Origin: Rhynchopus sp. YZ270_cl-10
Lineage: Eukaryota
DNA length: 64,000 bases
Direction: 5' to 3'
Assembly (NCBI GenBank): GCA_964035575.1
Contig: OZ037841.1
Span: 930,001 to 994,000 of the forward strand
The notes beneath the pieces are model-generated. The model saw nothing but the letters and a program-made list of their open reading frames with translations. It had not been told where the DNA came from and searched no databases. Below, one piece after another: positions 34,490 through 48,500 of this stretch (positions are counted from its first letter, which is position 1; every line of letters begins with the position of its first letter). A program made the translations under genes and the position numbers.

Positions 34490-37400
34490 ATGACAACTCT
34501 TCCGCCGGTAGGGTCTATCGTCGAAGCCTTTGGGTTGAAAACGTATGAGGCTGTCAACGGACAGCGGGGTACTGTTGTGAAGCATCAAACCGGGGGAGAT
34601 GGCAAGACCGTTCTCCCTTTGGTGCAATTCCCTGAACCGACAGGAAAACTTATGCTGAAACCCACTAATGTACGCGTCGTTGACGTCGGAAGCACACCAG
34701 CCGCACCAGCGCTTTCTGACAGCCAAAAAGAGCACCACAACCTCAGCCTCAAATACCCTAAGGGCACTGAGGTGGAAGCAACCGGGTTGAAATCTCAAGC
34801 ACATCTGAACGGTGCAAAGGGAAGGGTAGACTCCCTCCGCGCAATGCCTGAAGGCGCAACCAGAGTGGTCGTTGACTTCGGTCCACCCCATGGCCTCAAC
34901 GCCCTGCGTGCAGTCAACGTCAAACCCTCCGAGAAAACCAGACAACGCACAGAACGTGGAGGCTCCGTCAGCCCCCGCTCCCCTCGCGAGTCTTTGACAA
35001 GAAAGTCGAGCTCCCCTTCTCCGAGGGATTCGTTGACAAGAAAGTCTTCGTCGCATCGTGGGTCAATCATGCAGGGCGACTCCCGCAGGATGTCTGTCAG
35101 CTCCAATGCATCACGGTCCTCGAGAGGGAACGTCCGTCGCGATTCCTCCAATTCCATGTCCCCTGCAACAGGTCTGGTCACCTTTCAGGACAGATACGCA
35201 ACATTCGCTTCATGGCCTGCACATCTCCAAGGCGGCCAGGTCAACCCACGAGAGTTAGCCTTAGCCGGGTTCTACCACAATGCATCCCAGAAGGACCCTG
35301 ATCGGTGTACCTGCTTTACCTGTGGATATTCATTGGTGAATTGGGGTGCCAACGATGTACCATGGAATGAACATTCAAAGCACGTTACCACCTGTGCATT
35401 TGTTCAAGCACATAAGGCGTCATTGAAGGCATCTGCTTCATTAAAGGGAAAGGCGCGTGGCAGCAAAGAGTTAAAGCCTTTAGACGAAGAAGGGTATCTC
35501 AAGAAGCAGAAGCCCGGGAATTTCACAAAGGGGTGGGATGAGCGGTACTTTGCGCTGAGGGGGACGACTCTGTACTATTATGAGGAGAAAGGGCAGATTG
35601 ATCTGTCCCGAGGCTGTCAATGCACTGTGATTGATACCGATAGCACCTCCTTTACCGTGAATGGGGTAGGACAGACGCGAGAAGCCTTTGCATTAAGAGC
35701 AAGCGATGAGTTCGAAAGAAATAAATGGATGGAGGCGTTAAACGGATCGAAGGAGAGGCCTATGTCGAAGGACGATATGGAAGCGTTGATGGGGTTCGAA
35801 ACTGCGGAAGCGGAGACGAGAACACAACTGATCTTCGAGGCTTCGCAGCATACTACTTTGCTTGCAGGGAAGTGTATTGTGCGGTCTATGAAGATCTCGT
35901 CGATTCTTGAGAATGAATTTCAAGAAAAAAATGCGCGTCTCAAAACTGAGCTAGAAGAGGTTACTGCATTCGGAGATTTACAGAAGGAATTTCAAAAAAG
36001 GCGTAGTCAGCTGCATCTTGCACGGTGCCTGCAGGCAACGACAACGCAACAGAATAAGGCATGGCTGTACTCTGCATGGAGACAGGCTGCTGTCCCCACT
36101 TCTTCGACCACTCCTGAATCGGAGGCATCGGATCGTGAGGCAGCTGCGCGCACCTACCTGACCCTCAACGAACAGCAGGAGCGTTGCGCCCTCATGACCC
36201 ACCTCCTCACCCTCACCCTCGCAGACCTAAACAAAGGCTCCCGCTCGGTCACCTCTCTCCGAGAGGAGCTTGACAAGGAAAAGGCAAAGAGCTCTGCCGG
36301 AGGGGTATCCGCTACCATTGCGAGCGGAACTGAGGTTATTGCGCATGGTCTCAAAAATATGGCGTCGTTAAATGGAAAGCGTGGAGTCGTCAAAGAAAAC
36401 CAAATGATGAAGGACGGCACGAACGTTACTTTAGTAGAATTTCCAAGCGAAGATGGGACTCCTGCACCGCCGATTCTCTTGAGGATTGGGAATGTGTTTG
36501 CAACGCCGCCTACCTCGGTTATTAACCTTCTTAACAAAGAACCGCTGGCGAAGCTCTCTGAAGCACAATCAAGAATTGAAGCCTTAGAAGCAGAATTGAA
36601 GGGAATGGCCTCTATAGACTCTACCGCTGCTTCAAGCACCGCAACACGCTTAGAAGAAGGCGCTGCAAACATCCAACGCCTGGAAACCGAAAAAGCCCAA
36701 TTAGCAGCAGAATTGCAGACTGCAAGAAGTTCCTCCTCCATCGCAGCCGATGTAGGTTCCGACCCTTCCTCTTTTACGTCAGACCCGAGAGTCGTGTACA
36801 GCCCCCTTCCGCTGCAAGGTTCTCGCGTTATTGTTCATGATTTGACCTCGATGGAGTCGTTGAACGGGAAGATCGGAGAGGTTTTGGAGCATACAGCCCT
36901 ACCAGATGGAACTGATGTTTCTAAAGTCCGTTTTGACGATCCAAACACAACAGTATTGCTTCGAAGGGAAAGCACGACTCAGGTCCCATCTGAGACCACA
37001 TTGGAAAGGCTCTTAGCTCATTTGCATGCTCCGTTGTTGGCGGAAAATGGGAGTCTGTCGTTAAGCAATTCTACCTTGCTTCAAGAGGTTGAGGTGCTAA
37101 GGGCAAATGCGCGTTCATCTGCGGATTCTCCTGGAGAACATCGTGAAGGGGTGACGGTAGTGGCGCATTCTCTCTCAACGGATGCGGAGTTAAATGGTCT
37201 TGCCGGGGTGGTAGTGGAAAGCAACAATCTTGCGGATGGCGCGCCCTCGAGTTTGGTTCGATTTAACGTTCCGAAAAAAAATGATGACGGTGTGATGACC
37301 TATGTAGAATCTCTGAGGAGGCTGCGCAACGCAAATTTGGATGGTCTACCCCGAGAAGAAGTCGCAGCGGTCGTCAAATTGGACCTTTTAAAAGAGCTGG

Positions 37401-40400
37401 CTGCAGTGAAGGAGAAGCTTGGTGCTGTGGAGTCGGAGCTGTTGGTTGCCTCTTCCCATGCGGACAGCCGGGCGGAGGTGGCTGCTGTGGGGTCATTGGA
37501 TGTGGGTTCGAACGTCATGGCACATGGTCTGCGTAACCGTGCAGAGTTGAATGGACTGAAAGGGAGGGTTCTGCAAAAGCAGGTTGCACCTAATGGAACC
37601 GAAGCCTTGGTGGTCGACTTCTTCGAAAAAAATATGAAGCTAGCGTTAAGAAAGGACAATTTGGCCCCTGCCGCGCATCCCGCCGTAGTAGCCCTGCTCG
37701 AAGAACCTCTGTTGGCAAAAATTTCGTTATTAGAAGCGAGTTTGGCGTCTCCACCTCCTCCACCGACACCACCAACCCCGCTTACCCCAGCCCCAGCAGA
37801 ACCAACGAATGACCTCCCCGAAATCGGGAGCAATGTCATTACCCACGATATTTTAGCAGACCCAGACCAGAATCATCGATTTGGAACCATCACGGAACAC
37901 CGCGAGCTTCCAGATGGTGGTTCCGTATGTGTGGTCTTGATAGAAGGTGAAGGAGAACGCACGATGCTGTTACGGTCGGGACAGTGTTCGGTCCTCCCAG
38001 AGCAGAAGGTGTTGGACGCTTTGAGGCAGCCTGCGGAACGGAAGCAAAAAATGGCTGAAGCGGCCCTAGAAATGGAGAGGATGAACCACCGTGCGCTCCA
38101 ACGCGAGGCGGAAACCATTTCAACACTTCCTCCGGTAGGCTCTTACTTTGTTGCAACGAATTTGATGAACGCTCCGAACACTAACGGGCGCTTAGGGAAG
38201 GTTATTGAAATGAAAACACTCAATGAAACTACCGAGGCAATTGTTGCTGACATTTTTGATGCGGGGAGCACCGAGGAGGAAGAGAACCGGACCACGATGA
38301 TGTTGAAGGCAGGAAACACATTTCAGATCGAAAAGGAATTGTATGAAGCGATCGTTTCAACGATAATGGCAAAGGCGGAGGAGGTGAAGGGACAGCTTGA
38401 GTCAGATCTTGCTATGCTAAAAGAAGGCGACGCAGAAAGACGCAAACAGAACACAGACCTGGAGGAAGAGATTCGCACCTCTGCTGAACGCCTCTCGGGG
38501 GTAGAGCAGGAGTTAGAAGCAATGGAGGCTACCGCAGGCACCCGACAGGCCGAGGTTCTGCTTCTCCAGAAAGAGCTGGAGGATGCATCCCGCGCCCGCC
38601 TCGATCAAGACAACACTGTCGACACCTTCACCCCTCTCCCCCTTCTCATTGAACAAGGCCGTTCCGTTCTTGTTGTTCCCCCAGCAAACAATAATGGTCC
38701 ATCTCGCCCTCAAAAGGCTACCATAGTCAGCCAGGTCGACGAAAACACTGTGTGTGTCAAGCTTGCCTCGGATACGTCTGCGAATATCGGAACTTTGGTT
38801 GCAATGTCTACTTTGATTGCACTGCCCGAGGCGGGAGGGGTGGATATAAAGGTAGCACAGCGTCGTCAGGTACAACCTGAGGTGGGGTGTTTGTTGAAGG
38901 TATTCGAAACGAAGGTGGACTCTGATGGGAACAAAGAGAGGATTGCGGTAAGCAAGCGTGGTGTAGTGGTGTCGCGACTCGATGCAAGCAGGGTGTGCGT
39001 GAAGGTGGATGGAGACAGCTCTTCTGATGCAGGCGAGATTGTCGACATCGACGCAGTGCTGCCGCTGCCTAACGCAGAGGTGGAGGACGCATTGCTAGCA
39101 TCATTGCGAGCAGAGCTGTCGAGGGTGACCATGGAGTTGGCAGGAGAGCGGGCAGACGCGGAGGCATTGAATGAGAAGATGGCGGGGCTGGAAGCAGAGC
39201 ACCGTGAGGCATTGGAGGCGTCGACGCAGCGGTTGGGGAAGCTGGATGCCTTGTTGGAGCAGCAGCAGCAGGCGCAGTCGCAGTCGCCACAGAGGTATCT
39301 TGCGGGTGGTGGTGGTGGTTCTGGTTGTGCCTTCTGCAGTGACCTTCGTCGTGAGGTGCAGGAGCTCCTGCGCCAGTCCGAGGCGGAGCGTGTGTCGCAG
39401 CAGCACCGTCAGGACCGCATGCTCGGGGCACTGCAAGACCAGGCGCGGTCCAGGTCTCACGAAGAGGCGAGGCTGTTCTCGGTGATTGATAGTCTGCAGA
39501 GGAAGGTATCAGGAGTTTTGTTTTTTTGTTTTTGTAAATTTAGGGATGAGGGGGGTGGGATGGGGTCAACAACGTTTATACACTTTTATCATCAGCACCT
39601 CTTTACGATTTTTCATCAACAATCAAATTCAAAACCAAGCGTTGTCCCCGCTAACGATAGTAGTAACAAACTGAGAGGCACATTTCCTCCAAAAGGTTTT
39701 TTCTATTTCCCCCATCAAAATCAATACGACGAAACCCCACAACCACTTAACCCTCCTCCTCCTCCTCCTCCTCCCCTCTCACACAGACCGAAGGCACAGC
39801 AGTCTCTCGTGCATTTACCCCGATGGAACAGTCGCCACACCTTGCTCTCATCGCGGGGGCGACGTTGAATGGATATGACACAGACTACCACCGTGTGCTC
39901 CCTGATGGGGAGCTGCACAACGCCTTTGCGGCAATTGCTTCGGAGGCTGCTGCGGTGGCGGAAGAGCACGCCCGCTGCGAGGCAGCGCTCTTACGCGACC
40001 ATGCTGCCGCTGCTGCCGAGCGGCGCGACACTTCGGCTATTCTTTCTCAGCTGACCTCCCTCCGTCAGGAGATGCTCGACACCAGACGGAGAGCGCTTCA
40101 ACAACAGATGGACCTTCTCCAAGCGGTCCACATCCGACGCGATGCAGAGTCAGACCTACTGAACGACCTCGAACGCACCGCACTCACCCACCACCACGCC
40201 CTCAACGCCCACCAACACTCCCTCCTCCAAACCCTTCATAGCCACGACGAATACAGTGTGAGAATGAACGCAGAATGCATCGACATCTTACAGACCACTC
40301 TTGCAGAACACTGTTCTCTCGAGGAAGGTCTTGCTGGAGCGGTCGCACGACTGCAGCAACAAGGAAAGCCTAGCAACAACGCATACCCCCTTGATGAGTT

Positions 40401-43066
40401 GGATGCGTTGATACAGAGTGTGGGGGATTCGCGTCTGAGAAGCATCTTGGAGGGGATGCGAGGTGAGTTGAGGGGGAACGTAGCGGTAAGGCCGGAGGTG
40501 TATATGGGTGGGAGTGTATCGCCAAGGTCGAGGGGAGGGTCGCCAACAGGGGGGTCAGGGTTTTCTGCGCAGGAGTTGACGGAGATGCGGCAGCAGCTGG
40601 CGGAGGCGAAGCAGAACCTGGCGACGTTGCAGACGGAGTACCTCCAAGCGTCGGATGCATTGACAGCGTCAGCCTCGCGGATGCATGCACTACAGACGCA
40701 GACGGACGCGGTGAAGAATGTGGCGGAGGAGAAGACGGCCGTTGCAGCAAGGTTTGCGGAGGCAATCGCGCAAGTGCAACAGCTCCCGCTCCTCCCTGAA
40801 AACGCCCGTCTCATCCTCCAGCCCCTGGTGCCCCCAACAGATGTATGGAATAAGCTGGTTACATAGGAAATAAAAAAAAAAACAGCGTTATTGCGGCAAA
40901 TAGTGAGTGGCATATGAAAAACCTTTTCATGGAACCCCCTTTTAAAAAGTGGCAGGAAATATTCCTGACAGCTCAACCAAAGCATTTCTTTTCTTTATAC
41001 CTACAAAGCGTAGCTCAAAAGAGAAATAGTTCCTCCTAGGGTCGCCAATCACCCCCTCCAAGGACACATCCTTTTCCCCCCCTTTTACTTATCAGAGTTA
41101 CTATTTCCTGCATTATCAACACCACCCTTTCTTCTCAGATGGACAAGGTGCGCTGGCTCTTCCACCACTTCGATACGGACCGCAACGGGCTCTGGTCCTT
41201 CGAGGAGATGTACCGCCTTCGGTATGCCTGGAGCACACCCCAACCACGTTGGGCCATTTCTCAGCACTTAGAGACCCAAAAAAAGCAAACACTACCTCAA
41301 ACCCGACTACATCTCACCAACTTTTACGCGTATTCTATCAACCTCACTTTCTGCATTTTTTCATTGCATTGTTCTTAAAATTGCCTTACAACACCACATT
41401 GGGTCCATACTCTGCAAGAATTACCCCCCTACTTCACACCACCCCCCACAGCGGCCTCTCCTGGAAGGAATGGGTAACCCTCTGCGGCAGTGTCGGTGCA
41501 GACTACAAAGGACCGGGTCTCTCTTTGGCACAGGTTGAAGCTGTCTACTCCTCTGATGGCAACGCACGGCTTGATCTTGAGTATGACCGATCCCGCTCAA
41601 GCCAGGTCTGTGGCTTAGAGGAATGTGTGGATGCAGAAGCATGGAGCAGACGGGAGCTGATGGAGTTTGCTGAGGCGGCAGCTCGCAGGGCAATTGAGAA
41701 GAGTCGTGCAGCGATTGCGGCTGTTGATCCGCAGTCTCCGATCCGCAATACGCTGAACCAAGTGAAACGTGAAACACACCTCTCCCGCATGGAGCACGCA
41801 GAGCACGAAGAACGCATGCTCTCCGCGCTTCTCTACAGCAACAACAACGCACTCTCTCCGTCCCGCGTCCCCCCTCTCTCCCCACGCTTCTCTTCTCCCC
41901 CGCAGCTGAGAAGCCAATCCCCGGAGGTGATTGAAATTCAACGGTCGATTGACAGGCTTTCTTCTCAGGTCGCTATGCAACACGACGCATTTGGCTCAAA
42001 GCTGGCGCAGTTGGGTGGGGATCAGCCTCTTACCCCACAAAACGAATTGGGCAACCTCATCTCGATCATCGACAATCTGAGGGACGAAAAACTGCAACTA
42101 GAAACAGAGAACTCTGCCCTCCGCTCTGCCTTGGCGAGAGGTGGTGGTGGCGGCGGCGATGCGGTCTCAACCTCGGGGAGGGCCCTCAGATGCACCATGG
42201 CAAAGCTCTTACAACGCCACACCCACAAGTCAACAGCATGCAAACGGTACATCCAATGGCGTCTCTTCGCTGTATCGCGACGTGGCATGCAATACAACCA
42301 CATGCCCTCACACAGAGCCTCAGCATCCTACGGAACCCCACTCTACATCCTGCAGGAGGCAGAATCAACGTCAAGAAGACTTCTTTACTCCTCGTTAGAG
42401 GACAGTGTCGCAGTTTTACGCGAAATGTCATTCAGAACAGCATCCGCAGTCAGATTCGGAGGACCCCAAGGAAGATTAACACTGACCGCAGACACTCCAA
42501 TCCCATTAGATGTGCATGAAGAAAGCTCGAGAGGATGTGTTGCGGCAGAAGAATTTGGTGCTCGGGTTGCGCTGATCAAATGGAAGTTGAATGATGCGGT
42601 TCAACACGTTCAAATGGCGGAGGTGAGTGGAGTGATGCAGAACCTACAGAGTGTTGTGGCAGGGCTTCATGTACCCCCTGAGGTTCGGGCACGGTTTGCA
42701 AAGTTGAGAACCGGGTACGGAGCGGTCGGGGCAATGACGAGAAGGCTGGCGGAGTTGGAAGCTCGTACTGCAACATTGAGGGAGGAGAGGAATGTCTCCT
42801 TGACGCAGGCTGCGGCAGCAGACCAAAGGCTTGCGGAGTACAGAGCACGCATCCACAAGCTGCGTGACGAAGCAAGATCCCGCAATGATCGATCAGCCTC
42901 TCGCGGTGGCGGTGCGGATAGAGGGGGTGCAAGTGGATCCCCAGCACACCTCAGCCAGTCACCCTCCCCAAGGCGACTGCAGCACCATTCCAGCTCCCCA
43001 CCAGGCAAGGTAGAACAATGGTCCTCTGAATTATCACCACCCCCACGGCAAGCAGGGTGGGAATAA
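34490..43066 (+). CDS. Large multidomain protein, ~2589 aa: SH3/KOW-like repeats, BIR domain, PH domain, coiled coils, EF-hand
   Basis: Inferred exons 34490-39505, 39787-40842, 41139-41221, 41452-43066, phase-consistent. BIR: RYATFASWP...LALAGFY...CFTC-x16-H-x6-C. PH: GYLKK...WDERYFAL...ERNKWMEAL. EF-loop DTDRNGLWSFEE. Joining of the 3' exons is less certain than exon 1. Confidence 0.8.
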
Positions 43067-44814
43067 GGTGGTTTTGTTTTAGATTTTATAAAAGATTCGT
43101 GGTTGTTGGCATGGCTTCTCTTGTAAATATAATAAGTGAATATGGAGAGGGGGGTGACTGATGTTTCAACAGTTTTTTTAAATAGGTCTGTGCACGAGAG
43201 GCGCATTCATATTTCAAGTTTTTTTTTTCTTTTCAGCAAAAAAAAGTGGGAGAGGGCAACATGAAAGGGTGCATCTCCATCACACTTCATTTCAAAGTTT
43301 TTTTTTTCAGGTGAAAAAAGGTTTCACCTTCATGGGTGCAGCGTGATGTATGTAGTTTTGTGTGTGCGCATTTTTTGTTTTTGTTTTGTGTTTTTTTTTG
43401 TTTTGCTTGCAGTATCTGCGTCCGCTGAGGCGTTTTGCACTTTTCAACTTCTCTGTTTTGTTGTTCAGATGCGTAGCCTTTACTCTGTGCGTACTATCCC
43501 CCAGTTCATCCCTCCTTTCACAGAGCGTAGGAACCCTGCGTTGTTTTGCACTATCAACTCCACCCTTTTTTATTAGATGTGTGTGTGTGTGCCCACGAGA
43601 GGCACATTGTTCATCTCATCTCTCCTTTCTCTCCATCTTTTATTTTTTTTCCCTCGACTGAGATGCGTTTTAGCTTTCAACGACTCTTTTGTATACTATA
43701 AATGGCCATGTGCCACGCAAAGTAACAAACTCGACATTTTCTTTTTACTCCTCCCTTTCTTTCGTTACAACTGACTCCACACGTGAACCATGTGTGTGGA
43801 AAGATCGGAGGATTATCTTTTGCCCGCCTCTTGGGCTTTCACCAGTATAAAAAAAAAAATTAGCATTTTTTTGTGAAATGTAAAAATTAAGTTCAAAGCT
43901 AAGTAACATGCAAAAAAAAGCATGTTATTTAGTGTGTTACCACGGTGACCATGTGACCCCGGGTAACCTGCTATTTTCCTTGTTTCGTGACTACACGTGC
44001 TAAAACGGTGTCATGCTAAGTAACATGATTTTTTGCATGAAATGCATGTAAAAAAGCATGCAAAAAAAAATGCATGTTATTTAGTACGCTACCGGGTCAT
44101 ATATAGTTACCATGTGTATTTCCTTGCATCTCCCACCTCCCCCCAAAAGCTTTGTAATCCTCAATTATATCTCCCGTTCCCCACCGCCCCGATTTCCCAA
44201 AAAAAAAAAAAACAAAAACAAAAACAATACCAGTATTATAGTGGAGCTCATCCTCGGGTGTCTACACATGATGCAACCTAGTTTTCAAAAAAAAGAAGTA
44301 ATTCATGCCTCGTTGCATTGTATGGTAATTGCTATCGGAAAAAAAAAAGTATTTGAGTGCAGTTCTTCCCCAGAGTAGGTGTAAAGTGTTTTTTGTCGTC
44401 TTTTTTTTTTTTGAAAAGACAGATGTGCAAAGAGATGCACATTTGTCTTACAATTGTTATTTTTTCTTTTTTTCTCCCCCCTTTTTTTTGGGGTGATAGT
44501 TTTGAGTATAGAACCTACTACCTAGCGATTCGTCGATACAAAAAGAACAAAAAAAGAAGTGTCAAGCATTTCACAGATGGGTGATGCAAGTAGTACTTCC
44601 ATCCCCGTCGTACATCCTTCTAATGGTTGCGCACATTGTGTCATTTTCTGATGTATTTTTTTCGCCAAAATTAGAACCACGTCAAAAAAAAAATCTTGTG
44701 AACAATATAAAGGTTACTCTTAAAAGGGTTTGACGACATCTCTCTTCGTTTCTACCTTTTTTTTTGCAGTACAAAAACGCTTCGAACAACTTTGAGTACA
44801 GATCTTTATACTGT

Positions 44815-44912
44815 CCACCTGATTTTGCCTGAAATTTGGTGGAGTTTAGAGGAGTTTAGAGGAGTTTGGTGGTATATAAGCACCCTTCAAATTTCAGGCA
44901 AAAATGAGGTGG
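44815..44912. mobile_element. MITE, ~100 bp
   Basis: CCACCTGATTTTGCCTGAAATTT ... AAATTTCAGGCAAAAATGAGGTGG. Second copy at 52013-52099. Confidence 0.75.
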
Positions 44913-45514
44913 GTAGTATTGCTTTTTTTTGTTCCAATTTTTGTTCCAGCTTTGTGTTCCCCGATAAAGATTCTCTGTGATTTTAATACATCCAGAATAC
45001 ACAAAATGCAATATGCCATTAGCTTTCCTCCCCTTTTCCCCCCTTCCCCATCCCCTCCCTCACCAAAAAAAAAAAGTTGTATGTAACCACGTATTCACGT
45101 TTCTGACAAAAAAATAAAGAATTGTTGCCGCATTTTTCTCTCATTCCACCAGTGTGCTCCTTTGTACTCAGGTAGCTACGTAGCCTTCAGGGAGGCAATC
45201 GTGTGCTAATACAGAAAGTATCAGTCAAGGCTGTCCTTACAGACGCTCCTTTTGTTTGCGCATTTCATCTAATGGTTCACTCTTAGGAACTACCTACGTT
45301 TGCTTTCAATACACAAAAAAACACACGCACAGGGTAAAAAGAAAAAAAAGGAAAAGAAAGGGAAAAGAAAGACACACAGCACACGGCAGCACAGCATTGC
45401 ACATACACACTGCGGCGTTAGCTTTCTGGTAACGGGGTGGGGGGTCTGCGGCTCTGACGCCCTTGCACGCCGAGCCACGCCGTAAGGCACACACATAAAG
45501 AAGGGAAAACAGCA

Positions 45515-48500
45515 ATGGCGGAGACCGATTATGCGGAGCAGGTGTGTACAGCACAACAGCAAATAAGGAAGACAATTTTTTCCTATGCCAAAACCCCAAT
45601 CCTTTATGTCAAAGGTTGACTAAGGCCAAACCCCCTTTTTTTTTCTCTAAACAATGAAGTGCTCTCTGGGGTTCGATAACCCGCGTACAGGCGTTTTGCA
45701 CAACTTCTCTTTTTATATAACCCACTTGGTTTTGGCCAGGTAGCAACTTCCGCCCAACACCGACAGACTCGGGTGAGAATTAGGTGGATAACCCTTTTAA
45801 TACGAACTGTTTGTTACATTAGCATACCTTTGTATTTTTTTCTCTCTCTTCCACAGTCCGCTGGAGGCATTATCGCCGTTGCAGTTGTCTCGTTTCTTGC
45901 GATTGTAGGCGGTGTTGCAGCGTTCTTTTTCAAGCTCAACAAGTCAGATGCAGCAGCAGACACAACCAAGCGACACCATGTCGCCTCCTCTGCCCACACA
46001 GCCAAAACCTCCAAGACAGTGAAGACAGTCAAGGCAGACAACACCCCTGCCACGCAGGCACAGAAGACACAGGAAGCCAACGGCCCCAGCGAGGGTGCCA
46101 TGAGTCTGAGCAAGAAAAAACGTGGTATGTACTTCCTCCCAAACCCCTCAAAGCCAAAAAAATATTTTACCTTTTACTAACCCCTGACATGACTTACCTA
46201 TCAGAGTTACGATTTATTTATTTTGTAAATCAAGATACTTGACGATAGGAAATAGAAACGACGGAAGGTGCCCCGCCAGCTTGTATTTTCTCACCCACCG
46301 TTTCTCTCACACACAACACACACTTCAGTGAAAAAAAAACACATCAAGCTTGCGGAGTGATAAACGAAAATATGACCACCTTTATAACCCACCCCCCCCC
46401 CCACCCCACCACACAGTCAAGAAGAAGCGTGCCGCTGCCAACCGTGCTGCCGCCGACACGACCGACAACACTGCCGACACGGTCGAACCCGACACCACCG
46501 TACCTCCCACCGCCACCACCACCACCACCCCCGAGCCTGCAGCAGCTTCTCCCTCCCCTACCCCCACCCCTACCCCAGAGGTCGATGCTCCTCCCCCAGC
46601 TGCGGCGCCTACTCCCACACCCACACCCACACCACCGACTGAACCTACACCGGAGCCTGCGGCACCTACACCAACACCAACACCTACACCTACACCCACA
46701 CCTACTCCGCAAATGGAAGCAGCGGAAGCGCCGGTGGAGGCGGAACCAAGCCCTTCTGAGGATGGGGTGGATGAGGCTATGCTTCCGGAGGAGGAAACGC
46801 GAAGTGAGGACGGTCAAGGTGAGGTTGAGGAGGAAGAGGAGAAGGAGGAGGAGGAGGAGGTCGATGCTGCGGCCGTCGCAGAGGAAAACCGTATTGCGCT
46901 TGGGGAGCTTGAGGCAGAGGAGGGAGCGGGGCGTGCCGTGGTCATCGGCGACCACAGCGCTGCACATAAGAAGCTGGCAGCAAAGGGTGTCCAACAGAGG
47001 AAGGACGTAAAGAAGGTGGTGCAAAAGAGAGAGAAGGTAGGGGTGGACGAAGGGGCCGCCCGGGGTGTAGTGATGGCAGAAGAAGTGAAGGCGAGGAAGG
47101 CGCTGTCCTCAAGGCTCCTTGAAGGACGTGATAAGATTAAACGTGAACGGCGTGAAGCAGAGAAGGCGCAGAAGGCGGAGGAGAAGAGGCGGGTTAACGC
47201 AGCACCGGTTCTGCCACCGTCCCCACCGTCGCCTCCCGCAGAGCCGCAAAGGCCGCCTACACCACCTCCACCACCACCGCCGCCACCACCACCGCCGCAG
47301 GAGAGGGAGAGGGAGAGAGAAAGGGAGAAGGAGAAGGAGAAGGGCCTCTTCAAGGCGAGGGGTTCGGGTCCTGTGTCGCCGCCGAGGGGTGCTCCAGTGC
47401 AGCAGGGGGTGCAACAGGGGGTACAGGGGCAGTTCCCGCAGCATCATCACCACCATCACCACCAAATGCATGGGCAAATGCATCACCATCATCACCACCA
47501 CAGTCACCACCACCACCACCACCATCACCACCATGCATACCAAGGGCATCATCAGCATCATCACCAGCACCAGCACCACCATCACCACCATCATCATCAC
47601 CAGCATCAACATATGCATGCGCATGCACAGCAGCAGCATCAGATGCATCAGCACCAACACCAAGGGGGGCAGGGGCAAGGTCAAGGGGGGCAAGTTGGCC
47701 ACAACGCAGTCAACGCAGGGGCGAAGAAGACGAAGCAGTTCACGGTGCGGCGTGGGAACACTTTCAAGGTGCGCTGGGCGAAGGACGTGCTGTCGGTGGC
47801 GTCGCAGAAGCATTCAAAGAGCGATCTGCTGATCAGCTTTGAGAACTTCATTGTGCAGTCTGTGGACGGGCGGCCGCCGAGGCAGAGCGACCGTACTGCG
47901 CTGAACGAAGGTACGGACAGGGACATCTCGCTGACGCTTGTCCCAGCATCGTCACCTGCGTCCACAGCGCCGTCCTCTCCATTGGCACCAGCACCGTCGT
48001 CGCCCACATCTCCTCTCGTGCCTCCACCTCAGGTATGCCAAGAGACGGAGAGAAGGGGCTTGCTTAATGTCAGGGCTTTTTCTATCAGGGTATTGAGAGA
48101 AAAGGCACTGTGAGAGGTGCTTGGGGGCAGTGATCGCCCATATTGGTGATATTTTCCAGCTTTTTTGAGAATATAACTGTATCCACTTTGTAAATGTTTT
48201 AAGAGGGATGGTTCTCGGTCAGGCTTTGTCTGATACTAAAAATCGCCCAAAAAATAAACATCCCACCACCCACCCCCTCTTCCTCTTACAGCAAAACGCT
48301 GGCCAGCTCTCCCACCTCCCACCCTCGCGCATGATGCCTCCTGTCTACCCTGGTGTGAAGCAGGCACCCGCAGCACCAGCAGCACGGACACGCGCCGCTG
48401 GGCAGCACACTGCTGCCGCTGCCGCAGCAGGGCAGACCCAGGCACTCACCCCGCAGCAGCAGCACCAACAGCAGCAACAACAACGGCATCAGCAGACAGT

